From: Eledone cirrhosa
Taxonomy: Eukaryota
Reading direction: 5' to 3'
Assembly: GCA_964016885.1 (NCBI GenBank)
Contig: OZ024757.1
Location: forward strand, 6,510,001-6,574,000
DNA length: 64,000 nt
Position numbers and translations under genes: made by a program
Shown here: in pieces, positions 13,575 to 25,281 of the stretch
How positions within the stretch are numbered: position 1 is the stretch's first letter
How the letters are laid out: each line of letters starts with the position of its first letter
The notes under the pieces: model-generated
The model's database searches: none
What the model saw: only the letters and a program-made list of their open reading frames with translations
What the model was told of the DNA's origin: nothing

Positions 13575-14086
13575 CATTGAAGTGGTTGATAGCTTCTGTG
13601 ACTTAATTAGCAGTGGAGGATGACTGTATAACACCTGCCAATAAAATATGATGTTGCATGGTAGTGAAACAAGGGCTGTGACAGTAGAAAAAAAGTGTAG
13701 ACTGGAGAGGAATGAAGCAACCATGATACATTGGATGTGCCATTTAAGTGTGAGAGAAAGGCAGAGCTTGGACAAATTGAGGGAGAAGCTGGGTTTAAGA
13801 GGGATCTTATGAGATGTGTAAGAGAGAAGACTGGATTGGTACGGACATGTGATACACATGGATAATGACAGCTGGGTGAAGAAGTGCCAGGACATCCCAG
13901 TAGAAAGAAGCCATAGTAGAGGTACACCAAGAAAGACCTGGACAGAGGCTGTGTGAACTGACTCTCACAGAGGAGATGACAAAGGAACACGACAAGTTGA
14001 AAGATGCCATGTTGAGAAGGACATGTCCAGCCCAAGGAAGCATAGAAAAACGAACATAAAAACAGTGATGATGTTGATGAAGATGA
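13575..14086 (+). mobile_element. Old RTE LINE 3' remnant (family E)
   Basis: Degenerate MLHGSET, RLDWYGHV and GRPRKTW coding, with a GAT-rich tail. Copies are at about 42400-42930 and 44075-44603. Confidence 0.8.
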
Positions 14087-14138
14087 CGTACATATACACA
14101 CATACATAATAAATAAATCAAATACAGATATGCACAGT

Positions 14139-14475
14139 GGAGGCACATGTCTTAGTGGTTAGAGCATTGGCCTTGCAATCGAAAGGTTGTGAGTTCAATT
14201 CTCAGACTGTGTGATGTGATGTTTCCTTGAGCAAGACACTTTATTTCACATTGCTCCAGTTTATTCAGCTGAAGAAATGAGATGATAGGGACTGGGGTTC
14301 CTATCATTCCACTGGAAAGTGGTCGTGGAGGTGCCACGGCAAAAAGCACCCAGCATTCACTGTAAATGAGGTTGGTGTTAGGAAGGGCATCCAGCTGTAG
14401 AAATCAAGCCAGAATCAATTCAGTCCCACCCTTGCAAGCAGGGAAAAGCGGACACAAAATGATGATGATGATGAT
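14139..14475 (+). mobile_element. tRNA-derived CORE-type SINE, type 1, with RTE-derived tail
   Basis: A/B boxes, CORE-like CCTTGAGCAAGACACTT...CAGCTG..GAAATGAG, an RTE-like 3' end with (GAT)n, and candidate TSD GATATGCACA (14127-14136 / 14473-14482). Confidence 0.85.
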
Positions 14476-14639
14476 ATGCACATACTTATATACAAACATA
14501 TACATGGACACAAATTTCTACACACATACATTCACATATAGCATATGTCAATTCTGAACAATACAGTTTAGTCAGCACAAGTCTTGGTTACAACTTCTAC
14601 AAATAAAATGAAAGAAGAAGAATTTCTTAGTAAAACAGT

Positions 14640-14645
14640 TTTATT
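14640..14645 (-). terminator. Candidate polyadenylation signal AATAAA of ZNF gene 1
   Basis: AATAAA on the minus strand followed by T-rich sequence. It is conserved in the paralogous blocks at about 43454 and 45155. Inference only. Confidence 0.35.
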
Positions 14646-14744
14646 CAAGATATTAACAACATTGGTGGCAGTATTTTAGGTGAGTGACATGGTTTTTACC
14701 TTGTCTGATTGTGTTTGTGTTGCATCAAGTAACATTTACAAGAG

Positions 14745-15212
14745 AATTATTTACCACAGACACCACAATGATATGGTTCCTCTCCTGTATATGTTAGTGT
14801 GTAGTGAAGTCACAACATTTAGAGAATGATTTATCACAGACACCACAGGGATATGGTTCCTCTCCTGTATATGTTAGTGTGTAGGCAGGCCACAACATTT
14901 AGAGTATGATTTATCACAGACATCACAGGGATATGGTTCCTTTCCTGTATATTAGTGTGTAGTGAAGCCACAACATTTAGAGAATGATTTACTACAGACA
15001 TCACAGTGATATGGTTCCTCTCCTGTATATTAGTGTCTAGTTAAACCACAACATTTAGAGAATGATTTATCACAGTGATATGGTTCCTCTCCTGTATGTT
15101 AGTGTTTAGTGAAACCAAAACATATAGAGAAGGATTTACCACAGACATCACAGTGATATAGTTCTTCTCCTGTATGTTAGTGTCTAGTGAAACCAAAATT
15201 AGAAAATGATTT
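14745..15212 (-). repeat. 78-bp minisatellite derived from a degenerate zinc-finger unit (3' of the ZNF stop)
   Basis: Units translate as YHCDVCGKSFSKCCGFTTH*HTGEEP. About 6 units here; also at 43555-43745 and 45260-45660. Confidence 0.85.
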
Positions 15213-15549
15213 ACATGGGCTCACGGTGTATATGACAAAGGACCGTGACAAGTGGAGAGATGCTGTGTTGAATAGGATTCATCCCACCCTTGCAAGCAGG
15301 GAAAAGCAGACGTAAAATGATGATGATGATGATGATATGTTTTCCCTCATCTATGCATATATTTAGTTAAATTGCTGCATTAAAAGATATATTTTCCAAA
15401 CATATCAAAGTGATATGGCTTCCCACCTGTATATATTTGTGTTAATGTAACATTGAAAGAGAATGATTTACCATAGATATTACACTGATATATATTTGTA
15501 TTCTCATTAATTCACAATTTTGCGAGGATTTATCACTGATGTCAATTCG

Positions 15550-17496
15550 TTAAGATTTCTCCTCTGCATGTATGAGTTTGTGAGTAGTTAGGCTACTTTC
15601 CCCAGAGAATGATTTACCACAGATATCACAGTGGTATGGCTTCTCTCCTGTATGTATATGTTTGTGTCTAGTTAAGGTACTACTTTGAGAGAATGATTTA
15701 CCACAGATATCACAGTGGTACGGCTTGTCTCCTGTATGGGTATGTTTGTGTTTAGTTAAGGTACTACTATCAGAGAATGATTTACCACAGATATCACAGC
15801 GATATGGCTTCTCACCTGTATGTATTCGTTTGTGTAAAGTTAAGTGACCACTTTGAGAGAATGATTTACCACAGCTATCACAGTGGTATGGCTTGTCTCC
15901 TGTATGGGTATGTATGTGTTTAGTTAAGGTACTACTATCAGAGAATGATTTACCACAGATATCACAGTGGTATGGCTTGTCTCCTGTATGTATACGTTTG
16001 TGGGAAGTCACGTGACTACTTCGGGAGAATGATTTACCACAGATATCACAGCGATATGGCTTGTCTCCTGTATGTATACGTTTGTGGGAAGTTAAGTGAC
16101 TACTTCGAGAGAATGATTTACCACAGATATCACAGTGAAATGGCTTGTCTCCTGTATGTATACGTTTGTGGGAAGTTAAGTGACTACTTCGAGAGAATGA
16201 TTTACCACAGATATCACAGCGATATAGCTTGTCTCCTGTATGTATATGTTTGTGGCTAGTTAAGGTACTACTTAATGAGAATGATTTACCACAGATATCA
16301 CAATGATATGGCTTGTCTCCTGTATGGGTACGTTTGTGTTTAGTTAAGGTACTACTATCAGAGAATGATTTACCACAGATATCACAGTGATATGGCTTCT
16401 CTCCTGTATGCATATGTTTGTGTCTAGTTAACTTACTACTTAATGAGAATGATTTACCACAGATATCACAGTGATATGGCTTGTCTCCTGTATGGGTATG
16501 TTTGTGTCTAGTTAAGGTACTACTATCAGAGAATGATTTACCACAGATATCACAGTGGTATGGCTTCTCTCCTGTATGCATATGTTTGTGTCTAGTTAAC
16601 TTACTACTTAATGAGAATGATTTACCACAGATATCACAGTGATATGGCTTGTCTCCTGTATGGGTACGTTTGTGTCTAGTTAAGGTACTACTATCAGAGA
16701 ATGATTTACCACAGATATCACAGTGGTATGGCTTCTCTCCTGTATGTATATATTTGTGTCTAGTTAACTTACTACTCTCAGAGAATGATTTACCACAGAT
16801 ATCACAGTGGTATGGCTTGTCTCCTGTATGCATACGTTTGTGGCTAGTTAAGGAACTACTCTCAGAGAAAGATTTACCACAGATATCACAGTGATATGAC
16901 ATATACCCTGTATGTATACGCAGGTGTGTAGTCAAGGTACTACTTTTATTGAATGATTTACCACAGATATCACAGTGATATGTCCTCTGTCCTGTATGTA
17001 TACGTTTATGTCTAGTTAAGTGACTACTTTGAGAGAATGATTTACCACAGATGTCACAGTGGTATGGCTTGTCTCCTGTATGGGTACGTAAGTGTTTAGT
17101 TAATGCATCACTTCGAGGGAATGTTTTACCACAGATATCACAGTGATATGGCTTCTCACCTGTATGTAAATGGTTGTGAGTAGTTAAGGTACTACTTTTA
17201 GTGAATGATTTACCACAGATATCACAGTGATATGGCTTCTCACCTGTAGGTAAATGGTTGTGACTAGTTAGGCTACTTTTCCCAGAGATTGATTTACTAC
17301 AGATATTACAGTGATATGGTTTGTCACCTGTATGTATAACTTTGTGAGTAGTTAAGGTACTACGTATATTGAATGATTTACCACAGATATTGCAGTGATA
17401 TGCTTTCTCTTCTCCAACCTTTGCCATCTCGCCCGGAATACTAAACATTTTCGATTGTGTTTCGCATTTAACCTTTTCACTCAATTTATTTTCCAT
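15550..17496 (-). CDS. Poly-C2H2 zinc-finger protein, 648 aa, 22 tandem fingers (finger 2 lacks its last His), no recognisable effector domain
   Basis: Intact ORF from ATG to TAA with 28-aa repeats and TG(D/E)KPY linkers. An upstream acceptor TTTCTTTCTTATTTCAG| lies at 17674/17673. Confidence 0.93.
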   Translation of the reverse strand: MENKLSEKVKCETQSKMFSIPGEMAKVGEEKAYHCNICGKSFNIRSTLTTHKVIHTGDKPYHCNICSKSISGKSSLTSHNHLPTGEKPYHCDICGKSFTKSSTLTTHNHLHTGEKPYHCDICGKTFPRSDALTKHLRTHTGDKPYHCDICGKSFSQSSHLTRHKRIHTGQRTYHCDICGKSFNKSSTLTTHLRIHTGYMSYHCDICGKSFSESSSLTSHKRMHTGDKPYHCDICGKSFSESSKLTRHKYIHTGEKPYHCDICGKSFSDSSTLTRHKRTHTGDKPYHCDICGKSFSLSSKLTRHKHMHTGEKPYHCDICGKSFSDSSTLTRHKHTHTGDKPYHCDICGKSFSLSSKLTRHKHMHTGEKPYHCDICGKSFSDSSTLTKHKRTHTGDKPYHCDICGKSFSLSSTLTSHKHIHTGDKLYRCDICGKSFSRSSHLTSHKRIHTGDKPFHCDICGKSFSRSSHLTSHKRIHTGDKPYRCDICGKSFSRSSHVTSHKRIHTGDKPYHCDICGKSFSDSSTLTKHIHTHTGDKPYHCDSCGKSFSQSGHLTLHKRIHTGEKPYRCDICGKSFSDSSTLTKHKHTHTGDKPYHCDICGKSFSQSSTLTRHKHIHTGEKPYHCDICGKSFSGESSLTTHKLIHAEEKS

Positions 17497-17596
17497 AATA
17501 ATTTTATCTCCAACAGAATATACTTGTAATATTTTTTAGATTATATTCCTAAAAAATATATCTTCTATATTTCCCTCAACTGTGATTTCAGTTAAT

Positions 17597-18056
17597 AGTC
17601 TTCAAATGATGATAAATAGAGGTGATGTATCCGAGATTGAAAATAATAATTTATCCTAATGTCATCTGGTATTCTGAAATAAGAAAGAAACAGTATGAGA
17701 TAATAGAGAATACTTAAGAAGCAGAGATAGATTTAACAGTGGAAATTTTATATTTCTATATTGGTAGACTGTAGATATCAACTTTCCTGTCCAGAGTAAT
17801 TCTCTCCAATGCAAACAGTGGTATTCCAGCATGCTCTATAAATGTTATCCTTCTATCTCTAGAGAAGTCTGCTCTATGGCAGTTTAGTGAAAAATTCCTT
17901 CTGATAGGACTCTCTAACATAGCTATTATCTACTCTCCTGGTGACATGACAACACCAGTTTAACTTCCATCTTTTTATTAGTAGGAGTCAATTGTTCCTC
18001 TACATCTTTTTCTTACTTCTTTTCTATCTTCCTCTGGGAGAAATCGGCTGTGTTTA
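17597..18056. repeat. Inverted repeat arm 1 (460 bp; partner 20628-21087)
   Basis: Manual alignment to the reverse complement of 20628-21087 shows about 5 mismatches and no indels. Confidence 0.95.
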
Positions 18057-19178
18057 TCCTTTGCAGTTGCTGCCCATGTCTTACTACCATGCAGCATCGC
18101 ACATCGGCATCATATAACCATCCTTTCGTATGCAGGGACAAACCCTTCTTTGTCAACAGAGAAAGCAGCTCCCTAGACTTCTTCCAACCCATCCTTATTC
18201 TAGATACTATAGCCTCGGAACACCCCTCCCATGCTAATCTGATCACCTAGGTACCGGAAGCTATCAACCACATCTATAGAACCCACCTGTATTTGAAAAA
18301 TGTGTTTATCACTGCGATTACTACTGCCAACTTTCCCTGTACATCTACTGCATACATAGTTATCCCTACCTGTTGGTTTGCCTGCTATCCCACTACATCT
18401 CTTGTGTACCCAACATCTGCATTGCGTACATTTTATGGAATTTATGCCAGTTCCTTTCCCACATATCGAACATGGCCATTTCCACGATGGAATCAGAGTT
18501 TTGTCCTCTTTTCTACTCATCAACACTTTTGTTTAAGCTATGTTCACTCTCAGGCCTCCTGATTCCAACTGCTGTTTCCATAGCCAGAATTTATTCTCTA
18601 ACCCCTCTACTGATTCGCTGATTCTGCTATAAGAACCAGATCATCAGCATAGAGAAGTTCCCATGGGCATCCAGTCTTAAACTCCTCTGTTATGGCTTTT
18701 AGGCCTATAACGAACAAGAGTAGGCTGAGGACCGAACCTTGACGTACACCTACTTGTATCTGGAATTCCTCACTAAACTCCATTCCTACCCTCACTTTAC
18801 TGACAGCACCCCTGTACATAGCTAGCACTGTCCTCACAAGCCATTCCTCTACACCTAGTTTCCTTAGGGACCACCAGATGACAGATCAGGGTACCCTATC
18901 AAAGACCCTCTCTAGGTCAATAAAAGATATGTATAGTGACTTATTCTTCTCTAAGAACCTCCTTGTAGTTGCCTCACTATGAAGAGGGTTTCTGTTGTAC
19001 TTTTCCGAGGCACAAAACCAAACTGCATCTCATCTAAATTGACCCTTTCTCTAATCAGCTGCGCTAATATTCTCTCTGCCACTTTCATAACCTGATCCAT
19101 CAGCTTTATGCCCCTATAATTGCTCCTCTCTAGAGCATCCCCTTTACCTTTGTAGCAATTTATGAGAATACTGCTGTA
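18057..19178 (-). mobile_element. RTE LINE (family B) RT-PHD portion, inverted; its 3' end continues on the plus strand at 21086-21398
   Basis: ORFs 18607-18837 (LYADDL), 18200-18526 (PHD) and 18013-18246. The uninterrupted junction is seen in the paralog at 50160-50190. Confidence 0.9.
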
Positions 19179-19232
19179 CCTACATTATATGCTTTCATTA
19201 TACCATTCTATTTAGATTATATATATTGATTG

Positions 19233-19689
19233 TCATCATCATCATCGTTTAACGTCTACCTTCCACGCTGGCATGGGTTTATATGGGAATTGTTCCACTT
19301 GAGGCAAGATTGGTCGGGTGACCGTATCTCACTTGTATAGGACTAGATGGCGGGTTTTCTATGGCTGGATATCCTTCCTAACACCAACCCCGTTTACAGT
19401 GTGGACTGGGAGGTTTTTACCATGTTACCTACACGGCCACATTACAGCGTGGACTGTGTGTTTTTTTGTCGTGACACCTACACGATCTCATTTATTTAGG
19501 ACTGGATGTTGTGGTACCAACATAACTTTACAGAGATAGGGTGGTGTTGATGGGGTGGAATAGGGGTAGTGGGATGTATATTTGGTTAAGAGGTGCCTAC
19601 TGACTGTAGGTTTCGCTATGTACATAGGCAAGATGGGTCTTCTGTATTACTGAGTAGCGCCAAAGATCTCGGTCCAGTGACATTGTCTT
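19233..19689 (-). mobile_element. RTE (family A) 3' end fragment
   Basis: The reverse complement matches 1498-1911, including the (GAT)n tail. Confidence 0.85.
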
Positions 19690-19717
19690 AATGTATATAT
19701 ATATATATACACACAAT

Positions 19718-19748
<31 letters not shown>

Positions 19749-19989
19749 GTGTGTGTGTTAAACTGTTTATATACACGCATTATTCAACCTGCCCTTTGTT
19801 TTGAAGCAAAAGCCTTTAGTAAGTTGCAGTGGTAGTAGCATCCTGAACCTTTTCCATTCCATCTTTACTCAGGCTGCTCTACTTTCAGAACACCCACTTC
19901 CACTGATGATATCATCACCCCGGTAACAGAAGCTGTCTACCTCTTCTATGTGACCCTCCAACAGTTTGTTAGGGCTTGTTTCCTGTGAA

Positions 19990-20203
19990 GGCGTGTGGCT
20001 GAGTGGTTAGAGAATTGGATTCGCAATCGTGAGGTTGTGAGTTTGATTCACCGACCGGGTGATGTGTTATGTCCTTGAGCAAGACATTTTATTTCACATT
20101 GCTCCTTCTACCTGGAGTTGTGACCGACAGATAGTATTAGCAATTGGAAAGACCAATGGAAACATTGTTTCCTCGGTCCAATTTGACGAAAGTCAATCGT
20201 TGC
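19990..20203 (+). mobile_element. SINE type 2 inserted in an old RTE remnant (about 19770-20420, minus strand)
   Basis: tRNA head flanked by direct repeat TTCCTGTGAA. It is the paralog of 49356-49565. Confidence 0.8.
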
Positions 20204-20627
20204 TTCCTGTGAATGTTTGCTGCTTACTGCTCCTGTGCAATGGCCACATGTAAAACCTATATTCTTAGCTAACCTACCTGAGATCCCACTACATCTCTTG
20301 TGTACCCATTGTTTGTATTTTGGACAGAGAATGGAATTTCTACCTACACCTTTCTAGCACACAGAGCAAGGCCATTTTTCTGAGGGGATCAGGGCTCTGT
20401 TTTCCCTTCTACTGATACTTGGCTGGCTAACCCAGATCTAGTCCTCAACAAATGAAACACTAGTGGAGTCGTAGGGGTACACTAAGTGACATACAGTATT
20501 TCTCAGGCATATTTAAAAACCTGATGGAGCCCATCACCTCTCTCGTTTGAACAGAATTGAGATCTGAATAAAACTTCAAGTGAAATCAGATATTGTATGG
20601 ATTCATATAGACTCGTAACTCCTGGTC

Positions 20628-21087
20628 TAAACACAGCCGATTTCTCCCAGAGGAAGATAGAAAAGAAGTAAGAAAAAGATGTAGAGGAACAATTGACTCC
20701 TACTAATAAAAAGATGGAAGTTAAACTGGTGTTGTCATGTCACCATGAGAGGAGATAATAGCTATGTTAGAGAGTCCTATCAGAAGGAATTTTTCACTAA
20801 ACTGCCATAGAGCAGACCTCTCTAGAGATAGAAGGATAACATTTATAGAACATGCTGGAATACCACTGTTTGCATTGGAGAGAATTACTCTGGACAGGAA
20901 AGTTGATATCTACAGTCTACCAATATAGAAATATAAAATTTCCACTGTTAAATCTATCTCTGCTTCTTAAGTATTCTCTATTATCTCATACTGTTTCTTT
21001 CTTATTTCAGAATACCAGATGACATTGGGATAAATTATTATTTTCAATCTCGGATACATCACCTCTATTTATCATCATTTGAAGACT
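20628..21087. repeat. Inverted repeat arm 2 (460 bp; partner 17597-18056)
   Basis: Reverse complement of 17597-18056. It includes the antisense copy of the ZNF splice acceptor. Confidence 0.95.
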
Positions 21088-21544
21088 GGAGAGAAGCAAG
21101 CATGCTCCGTTGGATGTGCAATGTCAATGTGTGTGAACGACCAAGCATAGACGAGTTGAGAAAGAAACTGGGTATTAGAGGGATAAGTTGTGGTGTGCAG
21201 GAGAGAAGACTGAGATGGTATGGACATGTGACCACTGGGTAAAGAAGTGCCAAATAATCCCAGTAGTAGGAAGACGCAGAAGAGGTAGACCACGTAAAAC
21301 ATTGGCGGAGGTGGTGAGAGAAGACCTCAGATTGCTGAAACTCACCGAGGAGATGACAAGTGGAGAGATGCTGTGCTGAATAGGACCTGTCCCACCCTTA
21401 TACTATATACTAGTATTCCAGTGTTTAGGGAGAGACCGATAACATTGTTAGAACACATTGCAGCCTTGAAGAGCTGGTTTCAACAAGATTGGGTGATGAA
21501 AGTTATAGTTTTTGTAGTAGGATCTTATCACATAAGGTTTCTTC

Positions 21545-21905
21545 AAAGATTCTTCTAGAGTTACAGTCATTTATATATATATGTGTGTGTTTTGAACAAT
21601 GAAAGTAAAACTAGAGATAAAGATATGTTCTTAATTAGTTCATTGTTTTACGATCATTTCAGAGATTTGATTGATCATGGTAGATTGATATATTGACAAA
21701 CAGGTAGTTGTTATGTCACTAACTATTTCTAGTCTCAAAATCCCTGATCAATCACACCGTATCAATATATTGATTTACCATGATCAATCAACCCTCTGAA
21801 ACGATTGTAAAACAATGAACCATATCTCAGACTTTTGTTTTATTTTCAATGTTCAATACCCACAAACACACATATATAATTGACAATTTCTTTGGAATAA
21901 TTTAT
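21545..21905. mobile_element. Foldback/MITE-like element with long imperfect inverted arms
   Basis: TTCATTGTTTTACGATCATTTCAGAG..TTGATTGATCATGGTA pairs with TACCATGATCAATCAA..CTCTGAAACGATTGTAAAACAATGAA. A paralog is at about 50655-51015, with arm fragments at about 22495-22570 and 51600-51670. Confidence 0.7.
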
Positions 21906-21908
21906 AAG

Positions 21909-23591
21909 ACTTGTGGCTGGAACAAAGTACCAGCCAGACAGAGGGTGACCTAGTGGTGAAACAGCACAGTAGATAGAGCTATTAACCCTGTAGCATTTAC
22001 ATTACTCTATATTTACTATTATATTTTCATGGTAAAGTCTTTATCTCACATAATATTGAATCTATGAGACTTTGATATTACTTATTTTGAGGACAATACA
22101 TTAACATCAATATGAGCAGCGAGTTACAGCCGGTTTGAACAGAAAGAAGTGAGAGAATTCTGGCTGGATACGGCCAGTTTAAATGATAAAGGGTTAAAGA
22201 CAAGTGACAGGCATGGAAAGACTGGAAAAATAGGGGCGTCAGACCAGGACCAGGTAGCTAAGAGAGAAGCTAGAAGACAGGTATACATAACACAGAGAGA
22301 GGCTGAAAAAAGAAAGTTTGCCAACGTATTGAGACATGAGAATCAGAGGTGTGAAGTGTTCCACATTGCAAGACAGGGAAAGGTGTGTTAGAAATGACAT
22401 TGGTACACTTTTCACCACTGATGCTCAAAAGAAAGAGGCCTTGAAATGTTACTATGAGAGATTGATGAATGCAGAGAATAAATTAAGAAGCAATCTTAGA
22501 CTTTTGTTTTATGTTCATTGTTCAACACACACACACATATAATTGACATTCTCTTTGGAATTACTGATGAAACTTGTTAGTGACACAACGACAAGAGAGG
22601 TTCCTAGCCAAGATTAAGCTGCAATATTTAGCTTTTATAGATCTAGAAAAGGCCTTTGACAGAGTACCTTACTCTATTATCTGGTGGTCCTTCAGAAAAT
22701 TAGGTGGAGAATGGCTTTTGAGAGCAGTGCAAGTCATGTACAGAGGAGCTGTCAGTAAAGCAAGAGTAGGAAGGGGGTTTAGTGAAGAATTCAATGTGCA
22801 GGTAGGTGTTCATCATGGTTCAGTTCACAACCCACTGCTGTTCATCATAGTTCTCCAGGCCATAACCAATGGGTTTAAGACTGGCTGTTCATGAGAAAAG
22901 GTCTATGTGAATGATCTCGTCCTTATAGCTGAATCCATAAAAGAACTAGAGAATAAGTGACCCTACTGCATATGTAGGAAAGAAGTAGGCATAAACTGTA
23001 CACAATGGTAGCTTCCGCTATCTAGGTAACCTAATTAGCAGCAGAGGAGGGTGCCTCGTAAGAGAGGATAGGACTGAAGTTTAGAGAGCTACTTCCACTG
23101 TTGGCAAATAAAGTTTCTCCCTACGTACAAAGATGTTGGCTGTACAATGCCTGTGTGTAAAGTGCAATACTGCATGGAAGTGAAACAAGGGCAGTAACTG
23201 CAGAAGACATGCATAAGCTGGAGAGAAATTGAGCAACTATGCTTCGTTGGATGTGCAACGTAAATGTGAGAGGAAGGCAGAGCTTGGATAAATTGATGAA
23301 GAATTTGGACTTCAGCGGAAACCGAAGTGGTGTGCAAGAGAGAAGACTGCTTTGGTAGGGATATGTGATATGCATGGATGGTGATCACTGGTTAAAGAAG
23401 TGCCACGGAATACCAGAAGAGGGAAGCCGTACTAGAGGGAGACCAGGGTAGATGTGGTGAGAGTTGATCTCAAATTGCTGAGACTCACTGAGAAAATGAC
23501 GAAGGAACAAGCGAGTGGGGAGATGCTGTGCTTAAAAGGACCCATCCAACCCATGCCAGGACTTAAAAACGTACGTAAAACTATGATGATG
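21909..23591 (+). mobile_element. Old RTE LINE remnant (family C) interrupted by MITEs
   Basis: Degenerate CGW...WWN, REARRQVY, DLEKAFDRVP and LHGSET coding, with a (GAT)n tail. Confidence 0.85.
21986..22193. mobile_element. piggyBac-type MITE
   Basis: TTAA|CCCTGTAGCATTTA ... TAAATGATAAAGGG|TTAA. Removing it restores the RTE reading DRAIK-DK. The paralog is at 51096-51300. Confidence 0.8.
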
Positions 23592-23987
23592 TAAATTATA
23601 TCAAAATAGATTTAGACTAAAAGGAACAAAACTTCCCTGAAACAACAACAAGGTACAGCTAAATATAAACTATATTATATAATGTAAGGTAGTGAACAAG
23701 ATAATTAAATAAACGGAGGTAATTTAAATAATAAAGATATCTTTAATTTACTTAAAGCAATAACATGGTACAGCTAAATATAAACTATATTTTATAATGT
23801 AAGGTAGTGAACAAGAGAATTAAATAGACGGAGGTAATTTAAATAATAAAGACAGTCATGATAACAATATATTTTATATCACATGTAACAGTGGAATCTG
23901 GTAAATTACTGGATCGTTGTAGGGTTCACATAATTATATTATTTACACACATTAATATAGACATTAAGTAAATCTTTGTCAACTTAC

Positions 23988-24412
23988 CTCCTTCACATAT
24001 AATCAATGTGTTGTGTTGTTAGTTGTTACTAAACAACCAAAGAAATAATCTCTTTGTTATCAAATTAGAAGTTTCAATGTTATCAGCTTTATTTCACGAC
24101 ATTAACGTTGGTGTAACTTCTTCATCTTTAGTCATAAATTGATATCTTGTCAGAATGAAGTAGTGAGGCTGACTTTATGTCTTTAGCTACAGATTAGATA
24201 GGAAATATATATATATTAGGTTGATATGTGGTCTAAAATATATATATTGTCTATAAATGACTGATAGCAGATGTTCTGGTGAAATAGTAGTTTTACTACT
24301 ACAGATTGTAATGGAACTCCTAGTAGACACAATTGTAAAGTAAGAATAGATATGACAGTGTAAGACTGATGTCGGGGAGAAAAAAACTGTGTGTGTATAT
24401 ATATATATATAA
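23988..24412 (-). promoter_or_regulatory. Putative promoter and non-coding exon 1 of ZNF gene 1 (predicted intron 23987-17674)
   Basis: Inr-like TCAGTC at 24369-24364, an upstream TA run, and donor G|GTAAGT at 23988/23987. Same strand as, and upstream of, the ZNF exon. Confidence 0.6.
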
Positions 24413-25281
24413 TTGTTACACAAGATATAATTAGATTGAGAAGGCAACAGGTACTCGATATCGTTGGAAATGATTTAACTCCCTTACCGGTGTCATTAGT
24501 TAAAAGTCCCTGATATAATTTAATACGTTCAGACAGTTCCAATCGTATTTAACCGATAGTAAATGAAAAGGAATCACTCAGTAAAATATCAATTATATAT
24601 CGATGTAGTGTCTCTGACTGCTAGAAATAGCAGTGAAATTATCCATTACAGACTTTTCTTTCTTTAAACTCTTACGTTTAGTAGATGTTTGTGTTGAGAA
24701 TGTGTGTATTTGTGTATTGTATGACGGAAGTCACCATTGAAGATGTTAAAAGCAATGTTGTGGAAAATAGCATCGTACGACTTTATAATTGTTTATATAT
24801 AATTTATTTACAGATTACAAAGGTTAGAAGAATGTTTCTTGAGAGGATAGTTAATGTTATCAATAAAAAGGTTATAAAGATTTAAAGACGTACGGTCAAC
24901 TGGCTGAGGCGTTAGCCAGACCTGTAGTGATATCTGTTGCTACATATTGTCTATGCTTGAGGTACGAAAGCAAGAGACGTTTACCTTCACAGTGTCGAAC
25001 TGCAAGAGAGAGTGTTTCGAATCTCCGCAGGAATTTTTCCTTCTGGGCGGAGGTCGAGATACATTTTCCTACGCTGGTAGCGATTGGCTGAACTGAGCCA
25101 AACAACGCACAGAGAATGTATCCATGAGCCCTCGGAATGTAGGTCACTACAATACCCCCTATTTAGTCTGCAAGACGTTATATAAGATTGAATCAGCAGG
25201 AAAACGGCTTAAAGAGAGGACATCAATGAATATATATATATATGTATATATATATGTATGTATATATGATATATATATGTA

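Noticed and set aside
14139-14210. tRNA gene (also at 13172, 19990, 30935-31005, 42008, 42982, 44655)
   Set aside because: The A/B boxes continue into SINE bodies, and there is no proper acceptor stem or oligo-T terminator.
15945-16894. Plus-strand ORFs over the ZNF gene, and the many antisense ORFs over RTE copies
   Set aside because: They are shadow frames of repetitive or coding sequence on the opposite strand, with no independent motifs.
15550-17496. Naming the gene (PRDM9 or a vertebrate ZNF number)
   Set aside because: There is no KRAB, SSXRD or SET domain, and orthology of lineage-specific finger arrays cannot be read from sequence alone.
23652-23852. ~87-bp local direct duplication in the predicted intron
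   Set aside because: It is present in only one of three paralogous blocks and looks like an ordinary slippage or repair event.
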